A DNA stretch of 64,000 nucleotides from Promethearchaeia archaeon (GCA_029856235.1 JAHQWP010000193.1:9646-73645); one strand, 5' to 3'. Positions 1 through 8,861 are shown, numbered from the stretch's first letter. Notes: generated from the sequence alone by a model not told the origin. Translations and numbers: made by a program.

Positions 1-1046
1 ATTACGATGTAATTGGTTATAAAGAACCAAATTCTCCTCCTGTATTTATAAATAAAGAAAATTGCCTTAAATGTGGAATTTGTTATCATTTATGTCCGCA
101 AACTCATGTATTCGATGATGAGCTTAATAGAACTTTTAATCTATTAGATTTTTCGTCGATGCCCCTTGGCAATACATGTGATCTCTATTCGTGTCAAGCA
201 GTTGATTACGATTTTTTGCGCCACGGTACGGACGGAGGAGTTGTAAACTCCTTGCTGAATTACCTGTTTGAAAAGAAATTAATAGATGGAGCAATAGTAG
301 CAAAAACGAATGCCCCTTTCTCTAGAGAGCCGTTTTTTGCCAGGAACAAGGAAGACTTACTAAGTGCTTCAGGGCTTGGATTAGGGCTTTCTAAGCAATT
401 AGAGGAAGTTCAGAGGTTTCATTCGTATACGAGCGCGCTTCCTAAGATAAAGACTACCAAGTTCAAAAAGTTAGCGGTCGTCGGAACTCCGTGTCAAATT
501 TACACGATTAGGAGTATGCAGAATCTTGGCATTATACCTTCACAAAATATAGAATACTGTTTAGGGTTATTTTGTTTCGAGAATTTCGAATTTGATCAGC
601 AAAAAGTCAAACAGTTTGAACGGGAGTTTAATCTTAAATTTGAGGACATAGAGAAGATTAAGATCAAAGAAGACCTGATTATACAATTGAAGGGAGACAA
701 AAACAAAGAATCCTTAATCCATATTGCTTTTGAGGATTTAAAAAATTACATGCGACCTGCGTGTAATGCGTGTAGTGATTTTTCGAATGTATATGCGGAT
801 GTGTCGTTTGGGGGTTTAGGTTCGCCAGATAATTATACCACAGTAATTACAAGAACTAAAAAGGGGCGTCAATTAATAACAGAGGCCTTAAGAAATGGTA
901 AAATCCAAAGCTTAGAAATCGACTCTGAAAGAGGAAGACGCATGAAAGATCTTCTATTGCGCTATGCAATTACGAAAATGGAACGCAAGGGTTATTTTGT
1001 GAAATCTAAATTAAGATCTTATAAAAAAGTTAAATCTATGGTTTAG
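1..1046 (+). CDS. Coenzyme F420 hydrogenase/dehydrogenase beta-subunit family protein (FrhB/FdhB-like) with an N-terminal 4Fe-4S ferredoxin motif; the 5' end lies outside the window
   Basis: Frame 3 is open from the window edge into ORF 159..1046. The upstream part reads ...NKENCLKCGICYHLCPQTH (CxxCxxCxxxCP). The body has FrhB-type motifs: GGVVNSLL, VVGTPCQI, CLGLFCFENF and CNACSDF...ADVSFGGLG. Confidence 0.75.
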   Translation, partial: YDVIGYKEPNSPPVFINKENCLKCGICYHLCPQTHVFDDELNRTFNLLDFSSMPLGNTCDLYSCQAVDYDFLRHGTDGGVVNSLLNYLFEKKLIDGAIVAKTNAPFSREPFFARNKEDLLSASGLGLGLSKQLEEVQRFHSYTSALPKIKTTKFKKLAVVGTPCQIYTIRSMQNLGIIPSQNIEYCLGLFCFENFEFDQQKVKQFEREFNLKFEDIEKIKIKEDLIIQLKGDKNKESLIHIAFEDLKNYMRPACNACSDFSNVYADVSFGGLGSPDNYTTVITRTKKGRQLITEALRNGKIQSLEIDSERGRRMKDLLLRYAITKMERKGYFVKSKLRSYKKVKSMV

Positions 1047-1129
1047 AAATTATTGAATTAAATGAAGAAATCAAAATAAAAAAAAAATAAAAAAAAATTA
1101 TATGGTGATATTGTAAAAAGGTGTATTAA

Positions 1130-3157
1130 ATGTCTGATTTACAGATCAATGTTAGAATCGGTGTTTATATCTGCAAATGAGGAGTTAATATTGGTAATAC
1201 TGTGGACTGCGATAGAGTAAGAGATGCTGTTGAAGGGCTTTCGGACGTAAAAATTGCTCGGATTAACAAATTCACTTGTAGCGATCCAGGTCAAAACTTA
1301 ATTAAGAACGATATTTTAGACTTTGGATTAAATCGAATAGTTGTTGCGGCGTGTACTCCAAAAATTCACGAGACTACTTATCGAGCGGTGTTAATAGAAG
1401 CGGGATTGAGTCCATATTATTTTGAAATGGTTAATATTCGCGAACATTGTTCGTTTGTGCACTCAAATGACAAGAAGAGAGCTACCGAAAAGGCTATTAG
1501 AATGGTAAAAGGAGGAATAAATAGAGCTCGACAATTGGAAGTTGTCCCTTACAAGGAAATTTTGGTGGAAAAAGATGCGCTAGTTATTGGCGCAGGAATA
1601 GCTGGAATGAACGCTGCTTTAGACTTAGCGAACCAAGGAACCCACGTTTATTTAGTAGAAAAAGAAGCTACAATCGGGGGAAAAATGGCACAATTAGACA
1701 GAATCTATCCCACTGACGATTGCGGGATATGAGTTCTGGCGCCAATTATGGTTAGCACTTCGAAACATCCTAACATAACTCTGCTTACCTACAGCGAAAT
1801 CGTCGAATTTAGCGGCATTCCTGGGAATTTCAATGTTAAAGTCAAAAAAAATCCCCGCTATGTGAACGAAAAAAAATGCACAGGTTGTGGACTATGCACG
1901 GAAAATTGTCCTATCAAAGTTCCTAACGAATTTAATAGGGGGATTGGTGAAAGGAGCGCAATTTACATCCCATTCCCACAATCGGTACCTAAACTGGCTA
2001 CAATAGACGAAAGTATATGCATTGAATGCGGAAATTGCCAAAGAAATTGTCCTGCCGAAGCAATTGAGTTTGACCAACAACCAGAATATATTGATGTTAA
2101 TGTTGGAGCAGTAATAGCCGCTACAGGTTATGATGAATATCCAATTATGGAATATAACGATTATAAATATGGTATATATCCTGATGTGGTTACTCAAATA
2201 GAACTAGAACGCATGCTAAGCCCAATTGGTCCAACGGATGGTCATGTATACAGGATCTCTGATGGAAAAAAACCAAAAGTGGTAGCTATGATTCAGTGTG
2301 TTGGTTCAAGATCTTTGAAAGGAAACCCATACTGTTCAGTAGTGTGCTGCAGCGTTGCTCTTAAAAACGCTCAATTACTAAAACAAGAATACCCTGATAT
2401 GGAAATTGTCATATTTTACATAGATATGCGCACATGGGACAAAGGCAACGAAGAATATTATAGAAAAGTCAGAGAAGCGGGCGTTTTAACGATTCGGGGC
2501 AAAGTTGGAGATATCCAAGAGGACCTAGAATCAAATACATTAAAACTTACGGCTTTCGATACTCTTACTAATCAGCCAATAAATTTGAATGCTGATATGG
2601 TTGTTCTATCAACTGGTATGGTGCCTTCTAAAAATTCAGTAAAAATGATTGAGACATTAGGTTTAAGTAAAGATAGCTATGGATTTTTAACTGAAGTTCA
2701 TGGATGCTTAAAACCTCAGGAAACAACAAATATGGGCATTTATATATGTGGATGCGCTGCTGGCCCAAAAAACATTCCTTCATCCGTCTCAACAGCTTCA
2801 GCTGCCGCAAGTAAAGCAGCTACATTGCTTTCCAAAGACTCTATTGTTCAAGAACTAATGGTAGCTGAAATTGATGACAATCTCTGTATGGGGTGTCATA
2901 GATGCGAGAAAGTTTGTAATTACGAGGCTATAAAAGTCAACGAAGACGCAATCGCTGTAGTAGACGATTTAAAATGTAAAGGGTGCGGAATTTGCGTGTC
3001 GTCCTGTCCAGCTCGAGCAATTGACCTCAAATATTATAGAAACATCCAATTTGTTGAACAAATTAAAGGAATTTGTAGCACGGAGCTTACATACAAGGAA
3101 GAATTTATTGATACCGTTGAGTTTATTACTAAAGAGCAAAAGCCTTTAACTCCTTAA
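1130..3157 (+). CDS. hdrA: Heterodisulfide reductase subunit A (HdrA-type flavoprotein) with two in-frame TGA codons read as selenocysteine (1178-1180 and 1730-1732)
   Basis: ATG 1130 (with AGGTG about 7 nt upstream), ORF 1202..1732 and ORF 1748..3157 are all in the same frame. Read-through gives MSDLQINVRIGVYICK-U-GVNIGNTVDC... and ...IYPTDDCGI-U-VLAPIMVSTSKHPNITLLTYSEIVEFSG. These match the HdrA motifs IGV(F/Y)VCHCGxNI and DCSxCILAPKM..HPNIxLLTYSE. Also present are the FAD fold GAGIAGMNAALDLA, the ferredoxin motifs CTGCGLCTENCP, CIECGNCQRNCP, CMGCHRCEKVC and CKGCGICVSSCP, and the Cys-rich CVGSR...YCSVVCC. Confidence 0.88.
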
Positions 3158-3164
3158 AAAATTT

Positions 3165-3239
3165 AATCCGAATTAGAATGATGCTCTCAAAAAAATCATA
3201 GTTGGGAGAGAACTTACCCTCTGCAAGGGTTTTCGGATT
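3165..3239 (+). promoter_or_regulatory. Candidate 3'-UTR structured element (possible SECIS) downstream of hdrA
   Basis: AATCCGAA (3165-3172) is perfectly complementary to TTCGGATT (3232-3239). Inside this closing stem are a GC-rich hairpin, ACCCT(3216-3220)/AGGGT(3226-3230) with loop CTGCA, preceded by GAGAAC containing GAA, and a second small hairpin ATGAT...ATCAT. It lies in a 303-bp non-coding gap immediately after a gene with two putative Sec codons. I have not folded it computationally. Confidence 0.25.
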
Positions 3240-3460
3240 TGTCAATTTTTACCAATTAAATAAAAATTAGTTTCCAGATTACTAAGATAGAAGTTTTTAA
3301 AGTTTACCACTGAAGGTTTTTTTAAGCCTTCTTATCAAGATAATTTGCTATATTTCAAAAGGGCCGAAATCCATGTTCAAATTTTAGCTATTAGATAGTA
3401 GAAAAAGAACGGTTAAAATTATATCTAAGAGTTAGTTCTTTTCTTTTTAATTAGAAGAGA

Positions 3461-4885
3461 CTAGTAATTCAATCCTTTTAGCATCTGGACCGTAGTGTAT
3501 TGGTTTTTCCCACCAGTCCTTAAGTAGTCCATAGCTTCTTCGATTCCTTCCACTGTCAAATTATACATCGGGATGATGCTCGATATAATTTTTCGAGTCC
3601 ACGGCACCCACTCAAGCCGTATTAGTTCAGGATTTAACCAAACGACATTATTTTTGAAGTGATTAGCAATTTCTCTAATGTAGTAAATTCCGGGCATTTC
3701 ATTTCTGTGATAGTAATAAATTGAGCCGTATCGCTCAGTTAATTCCCATGAAGCCATAGCAGCGTCTCCTACTACGACGATTTTGTATTTGCTATCGTAT
3801 TTTTTGGCAAAATCTTCGAAATCTATGGCTTCTTCGGGATTGCGTTGTGCGTTAAAATAAAGCTTATCGTAAACACAATTATGGAAGTAATAATGCTTAA
3901 AATCTTTCCAGTGTGACATGTTATTAGCGGCAGAAAAAAGAAGATTAACTAAGTGAGCGTATGGGCTCATACTGCCACCAACATCCATTAAAAGAACGAG
4001 TTTTACATTATTTTTGCGGCGTTTTTCGAAAATGATTTCGATGTCTCCCCCATTTTTCGCGGTCTTGTCGATGGTTTTATCCATGTTTAGCTCGTCAAGC
4101 TTTCCGATTTCCTCCAATTTTTTGAGACGTTTCAACGCAACTTTAATTTGTCGAGTGTCTAAAACGACATCTTTTCGATAATCAGCAAATATTCTTTTCT
4201 GGGCGATTTGAACTGCCATGCGCATCCCAGAAGATCCACCTATCCGCATTCCCATCGGATTTTGTCCCGAATGTCCAAACGGGGATGTTCCTTCACCCCC
4301 TATCCAATGATCTCCACCGCTATGTTCTTCGTCTTGTCTTTGCATAAGGTCTTCGAATTGCTGCTGCATCTGTTCGAGGTTAAAAAATTGGTTTAACATT
4401 TCTTGAAAATTACCATCAACTTGCGATAAGTCCATATTTTTTTGTAGCCAATCCCAGATTTCGTCCTTAACCTCTTGCGGAGCGTTTATTAATAGGTTTC
4501 CTTCTAAGTCTTCGTTGATCTTCTGTAACAACTCTTCTAGGAACTGTTGAAGGTCTTCTATGTTTAAATATTGTTGATATTCACTTAATAGGATTTTTAA
4601 TCCTTCGAGTAATTCGGGAATAGTTATGTCCTTGTTTAACCAATCCCAGATTTCTTGCTTGATATCGTCAGGAAATTTAATAATAGCGTTCTTGAAAAAA
4701 TTTGCAAATGCGATATCGTAAATATCGAAGTGATGTTCGTTTTTACAAAGAATCGAGCGAGAAATGTAGTAAAACTCAACCATATTGCGAATAAGCCCTT
4801 TATTTAACGATTCAATAAGGGCCATATATTCTGTAATACTAACAGGTAATCTTTCTTTAAGATAGTAAAAATAATCAACAAACAT
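3461..4885 (-). CDS. VWA domain protein, CoxE-like (partner of a MoxR-type AAA+ ATPase)
   Basis: The C-terminal half has a MIDAS-like motif LLMDVGGSMSP, then KIVVVGDAAM. The central region is Gly/Met-rich. The N-terminus has a twice-repeated EIWDWL(N/Q)K motif. Length and layout are typical of CoxE-type VWA proteins. Confidence 0.8.
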   Translation of the reverse strand: MFVDYFYYLKERLPVSITEYMALIESLNKGLIRNMVEFYYISRSILCKNEHHFDIYDIAFANFFKNAIIKFPDDIKQEIWDWLNKDITIPELLEGLKILLSEYQQYLNIEDLQQFLEELLQKINEDLEGNLLINAPQEVKDEIWDWLQKNMDLSQVDGNFQEMLNQFFNLEQMQQQFEDLMQRQDEEHSGGDHWIGGEGTSPFGHSGQNPMGMRIGGSSGMRMAVQIAQKRIFADYRKDVVLDTRQIKVALKRLKKLEEIGKLDELNMDKTIDKTAKNGGDIEIIFEKRRKNNVKLVLLMDVGGSMSPYAHLVNLLFSAANNMSHWKDFKHYYFHNCVYDKLYFNAQRNPEEAIDFEDFAKKYDSKYKIVVVGDAAMASWELTERYGSIYYYHRNEMPGIYYIREIANHFKNNVVWLNPELIRLEWVPWTRKIISSIIPMYNLTVEGIEEAMDYLRTGGKNQYTTVQMLKGLNY

Positions 4886-5000
4886 TTAGCTAAGTTTTAT
4901 TCACTTCAATTCTGTTACTAGAAAATAATTAAAATAACAATATTAGCTTTTTGGAGAGACCTTAAGTTTTTTCGCTAACTGAATATAATATGAGGTTTCG

Positions 5001-5026
5001 AACGAGCATTTATTTGTATGCTCGTT
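5001..5026. terminator. Perfect 9-bp hairpin (AACGAGCAT / ATGCTCGTT) between the DsrE-like gene and the VWA gene
   Basis: The inverted repeat was read directly: 5001-5009 and 5018-5026 with an 8-nt loop. It sits about 60 nt downstream of the stop of 5089..5430 on the minus strand. There is no clear oligo-T tract, so a terminator role is only a guess. Confidence 0.25.
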
Positions 5027-5088
5027 AAAACCAGTTAAGATTCGATTGGTTATCTATCTTTCTTTCCTGTACTAAATTTATGAAATAA

Positions 5089-5430
5089 TTAAAACCACAT
5101 AGTTGCATCGGCTTCTAACACTAAATCGTTCAATGTCGCAGCTCCAACTATTTTCAATCCTGGTATTAACTCAGCTGTTTCCCATCCTAGCATTCTTTTT
5201 GAAGCTTCGCAAACAAAAATTTCGATACCTTCCGCAATCGTTTTATCAATCATTTCTCTGAGCGTAGGGAAGTTTCCCGCTTTTATTTCCTCTGCTTTAC
5301 CAGGTTTTAAGATTCTTAAGCTTTGACCTAAATAGTAAATAAGTGCTTTAACATTCATTGCTTTAGCAGTCTGTGCTAAAATGTGTGGCGAATATTGACG
5401 TTCCGGATCGTCGCTAGTTTGCACATACAA
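5089..5430 (-). CDS. DsrE/DsrF-like sulfur-relay family small protein
   Basis: It is 113 aa with a DsrE-like pattern: beta-strand FILYVQTSDDPER, ...ALIYYLGQSLRIL..., and IEIFVCEASKRMLG carrying a conserved Cys. The start is uncertain. The track start is TTG, but a GAGGTGA SD-like box lies 30 nt upstream, just before in-frame ATC/ATA codons. Confidence 0.5.
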   Translation of the reverse strand: MYVQTSDDPERQYSPHILAQTAKAMNVKALIYYLGQSLRILKPGKAEEIKAGNFPTLREMIDKTIAEGIEIFVCEASKRMLGWETAELIPGLKIVGAATLNDLVLEADATMWF

Positions 5431-5539
5431 GATAAACTCTTCTTTTTCGCTTATGATTCCTCACCTCTTTTTTAAATAATCATTTAAATAGACATAATTT
5501 CTAATATAAAGTAGTGCAATCCTTAAAGAAATTCTAAAA

Positions 5540-5953
5540 CTAATAAATCTCTCCTTTATAGTTTAAAAAGTAAATGAAGATTTTAATTTCCTCATTCTGC
5601 TCTCGAAGTAATTTTCTGAATTCCTCTTCTAATTTTTCTAAGCTCATATTTGGAAATAATTCTTCAAGAACTGCAGGTAATTGAAGAACGGTTATATTTT
5701 TATTTAGCCAATCCCAAATCTCTTGCTGAATCTCTTCAGGAAACTTGATGGAGGCATCCTTGAAAAAATTAGCGAAAGCAATGTCATATATGTCGAAATG
5801 ATGTTCATTTTTACAAAGAATTGAGCGAGAAATGTAATAGAATTCGACCATGTTCTTTATGAGCCCCTTATTGAGAGCTTCCAGTAAAGTTAAAAACTCA
5901 GTAATGCTTACCGGTAAAATTTCCTTGAGAATGAAAAAAAAATTCAAGAACAT
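5540..5953 (-). pseudogene. Truncated diverged paralog of the N-terminus of the CoxE-like VWA gene (first ~95 codons homologous, then unrelated tail)
   Basis: MFLNFFFILKEILPVSITEFLTLLEALNKGLIKNMVEFYYISRSILCKNEHHFDIYDIAFANFFKDASIKFPEEIQQEIWDWLNKNITV is collinear with residues 1-90 of 3461..4885. The DNA differs at many synonymous sites. There is no VWA domain. It could still be expressed as a short protein. Confidence 0.65.
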
Positions 5954-5965
5954 AGAAAAAGTGAA

Positions 5966-6110
5966 TCAGGTTGGGAATTTTAGTTTTTCTATTGCTATTT
6001 CAAAATCTTTCTCTTTTTTTTAACAACACGCCTAAGAAGGGTAACTCTTTTCTTAATTCTTCAATTGAAATTCCGCTTTTAAGCAGGACGCCTATCCAAT
6101 CGATAATGAC
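5966..6110 (-). pseudogene. Remnant of the 3' end of a MoxR-type AAA+ gene (frameshifted)
   Basis: The reverse-strand translation is VIIDWIGVLLKSGISIEELRKELPFLGVLLKK, followed after a 1-nt frameshift by EKDFEIAIEKLKFPT-stop. This parallels the C-terminus of 7922..8776 (ILDWISVLLKSGITIEELKKGIPFLGVLIKKEKDLEVVLEKIKFPI). It ends 12 nt before the ATG of the VWA fragment at 5953. Confidence 0.7.
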
Positions 6111-6254
6111 TTTGAATTTGTTTTATTATTTTTAAAAAAATCTTAAAATCCTATTACCTCTTCGTGATTTCGCTTAACATCATTTAACATTTGAGAAATA
6201 TATTTCTTAATTATATTAGATTAATATATAAGTTAGTGTGGAAATTATGGCATT

Positions 6255-7670
6255 TTACCGCTCCTTAGGAGGAAATAACTCATAATTACCTTTGTTAAAC
6301 TTTAAAAAACCTATGGAAAAGAGTTCGGGTACTAATCTTACTAAATCTTGATGTGTAGTATGATGACTTGACTTGTCTGGAAAAACCCATAAATTTTCAA
6401 TATTATTATCACTACGATCATAATTGATGTGATGAACGGGACATTCAGGTCTTAAATATTTTCCACTCTTCATACAAATTCTTGAAATTTCTGATTCTGG
6501 ATGATTTGCAAGATATTGCTCTACCACATAACGGTGTAACTTCATTCTGTTTCCTTCAAAAGCAAATGGATGATCCTTATCAGAAATTCTAACTGTCGAA
6601 ATTATTGTCTTTCTAGGAATAAATGATTTTTTTAGCTTATGTTTACTAAATTTCCAATCTCTTATCGTAGTTAGTTTTTCTTCACATAATTGAGCGATGT
6701 CTTTTTCTCGAAGGTGAAATCTTTTATCGGTGATGATGCGTTCAAACCATTGTTTGTGCGTATATAATGGGTTGTCTTTAGAACAATCGCTATAAGGATC
6801 AAGAGTGACTACAATATCGGGAGTATATTGATTCGATCCCTTTCCTTTGAAACTTACAGTCCAATCTTGAGAAATGTTATTCCATTCAATTTTTTTTATT
6901 GTTTCTTTGATGTTTTCGAGTTTTTTGTAATAATCTATTGATTCTAGCTCAAGAATATTTTTTATATCACCATAATTTAAAGATCTATAGTCAATATTTT
7001 TGTTTAGAAAGTAATGACCCTGAGAAAATGTTATTTGTCTCATTTTAATTAGTTTTTCAAAACATAGGTTTAAGCTAGCTTCTCCTTTTTGATGCTCGGA
7101 TTTACTACCATAAATCCATAAATTCTCGTATCTATTATCTCGTTTATCAAAATTAATATGATGGATCTCGATGCCTTTTTTTAGTCTTCCTTGTCTTAGA
7201 TATTTATTTGCCCAAATATGATTGGAGTTTTTTCTTAAGAATTCTAAAATAACTTCTTGATGTTCTCTCCTTATATCAAGTATTTTTGAACGAGAAGGTT
7301 TATATTTACTTGGTTTAGTAATCATATATCTATCTATATTAAACTTTTTCCTTGATCTCTGAATAGCACCTTTATCGATATTACATATTTTACCAATAAT
7401 TCTATTACTCAATCTTTTACCATTGTTCAAGGATGCGTCATTGCATACTCTGATTATCCACTCTCTATGTCTATATAAAGGATTCACCTTCGAACAAGGA
7501 AGCTTGGGATCAACTTTAATTGACACAGTCCGATACTTTCTAAGTACTGGTATGTATTGCTGTTCTGTGATTTCCCAAACAATTGAATCATCCCAATTGT
7601 AATTCAGAATTTTTTTTGAAATCTCATCAAAATGATTTTCTGGTAAGAAGATATCACTTTTCTCTGACAT
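6255..7670 (-). CDS. Tandem-duplicated HNH endonuclease-like protein (two HNH modules)
   Basis: There are two collinear halves. Each has NPLY(R/T)H(R/K)(E/Q)W, a basic HTH-like stretch, then an HNH-type motif: IEIHHINFDKRDNRYENLWIYGSKSEH in one and PVHHINYDRSDNNIENLWVFPDKSSHH in the other. Confidence 0.7.
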   Translation of the reverse strand: MSEKSDIFLPENHFDEISKKILNYNWDDSIVWEITEQQYIPVLRKYRTVSIKVDPKLPCSKVNPLYRHREWIIRVCNDASLNNGKRLSNRIIGKICNIDKGAIQRSRKKFNIDRYMITKPSKYKPSRSKILDIRREHQEVILEFLRKNSNHIWANKYLRQGRLKKGIEIHHINFDKRDNRYENLWIYGSKSEHQKGEASLNLCFEKLIKMRQITFSQGHYFLNKNIDYRSLNYGDIKNILELESIDYYKKLENIKETIKKIEWNNISQDWTVSFKGKGSNQYTPDIVVTLDPYSDCSKDNPLYTHKQWFERIITDKRFHLREKDIAQLCEEKLTTIRDWKFSKHKLKKSFIPRKTIISTVRISDKDHPFAFEGNRMKLHRYVVEQYLANHPESEISRICMKSGKYLRPECPVHHINYDRSDNNIENLWVFPDKSSHHTTHQDLVRLVPELFSIGFLKFNKGNYELFPPKER

Positions 7671-7921
7671 ATAATCCTAATGAATGTCTAAATATTTAAA
7701 TGAAAGGGGTGAATCAAAATGCTAAGAATTATAATTAATCAAATCTTGTTTGTATTTGAAAAATCAAGCTATGTTGCTTTCTATGGGATTGGACATCAAA
7801 ACAGCATTAAGAAGATATAATATCCAATAGAAAAATAAGATAAAGACAGCTATGAGAAAAACAAGATCCCAGCTCAACTACTACGATATTTTAACAGCTT
7901 TCAAATTCTGATTATATTGTA

Positions 7922-8776
7922 TTAGATCGGAAATTTGATTTTTTCTAGTACTACTTCAAGATCCTTTTCTTTTTTAATTAATACTCCTAAAAATGGTATT
8001 CCTTTCTTCAATTCTTCAATTGTTATACCGCTTTTTAATAACACAGATATCCAATCCAAGATTTCAGAAGTTGATGGCATTTTTCTTATTTTAGTGATAG
8101 CCCTGAGGGCATAGAAGTGTTTCAAGCATTGATCTAATAAGTTTTGCTTCAAATTTGGATAATGAAGGTTACAAATTTCAGTCATAAATTCTTTAGATGG
8201 AAATTCAATCCAATGAAACACACACCTCCTTAAAAACGCATCAGGAAGTTCCTTTTCGTTATTTGATGTGATAATTACAATGGGTCGATGTTTTGCCTTA
8301 ACAAACTCTTTTGTTTCTTTCACATAGAATTCCATTACATCTAACTCTTGTAAAAGGTCGTTAGGGAATTCGATATCTGCTTTATCTACTTCGTCAATAA
8401 GAAGAACAACTTGCTCGTCAGAGTCAAAAGCTTCCCCAAGAGGTCCAAGGGTGATGTAATCTTTCACATTATCTACATTGCGATCCTCGCTTCCAAATCG
8501 ACTATCGTTTAATCTTTGGACCGTATCGTACATGTAAGCCCCATCTATTGCTTCCGTTGTGCTCTTTACATTCCAAATAATTAATTTTTTTCCTAAAGAT
8601 TCAGCGATAGCGTGAGATAATAACGTTTTTCCTGTACCGGGTTCACCTTTTACCAATAAAGGTCGTGCTAAGGCAATAGAAACATTCACGATATTTCTCA
8701 ATTGAGGATCGGCAATATATTTAATCCTTTCGGTATTAACATCTCCTTTAAATTTATTAAATCCATCATTACTCAT
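7922..8776 (-). CDS. MoxR-like AAA+ ATPase (AAA_5 / CoxD-like)
   Basis: Walker A is GEPGTGKT and Walker B is VLLIDEVDKA. Sensor and arginine-finger regions are ITSNNEKELPDAFLRRC. The 284-aa size is typical of MoxR ATPases that pair with VWA proteins. Confidence 0.85.
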   Translation of the reverse strand: MSNDGFNKFKGDVNTERIKYIADPQLRNIVNVSIALARPLLVKGEPGTGKTLLSHAIAESLGKKLIIWNVKSTTEAIDGAYMYDTVQRLNDSRFGSEDRNVDNVKDYITLGPLGEAFDSDEQVVLLIDEVDKADIEFPNDLLQELDVMEFYVKETKEFVKAKHRPIVIITSNNEKELPDAFLRRCVFHWIEFPSKEFMTEICNLHYPNLKQNLLDQCLKHFYALRAITKIRKMPSTSEILDWISVLLKSGITIEELKKGIPFLGVLIKKEKDLEVVLEKIKFPI

Positions 8777-8861
8777 AATTAAATGAAATTAATTAGGAAT
8801 TAAATAATTTTTGACTAAAAAAAAAGAATAGAAAAAAAAGGAATCCCCTTTGATGTCTTCG

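Noticed and set aside
1047-1129. Long A-runs (AAAATAAAAAAAAATAAAAAAAAATTA) between the FrhB-like gene and hdrA, and similar poly-A/T tracts at 12520-12540, 16745-16760 and 58755-58775, considered as possible repeats or regulatory elements.
   Set aside because: Homopolymeric A/T tracts are common in every intergenic spacer of this AT-rich window. Nothing distinguishes these from background, though some may act as archaeal oligo-T terminators.
1178-1732. The two in-frame TGA codons in hdrA might reflect a genome-wide TGA sense reassignment (a code 4 or code 25 style).
   Set aside because: Many well-supported genes in the window terminate at TGA at the expected protein ends (12450-12452, 25396-25398, 36629-36631, 61374-61376). 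TGA is therefore a normal stop here, and site-specific Sec recoding is the better explanation.
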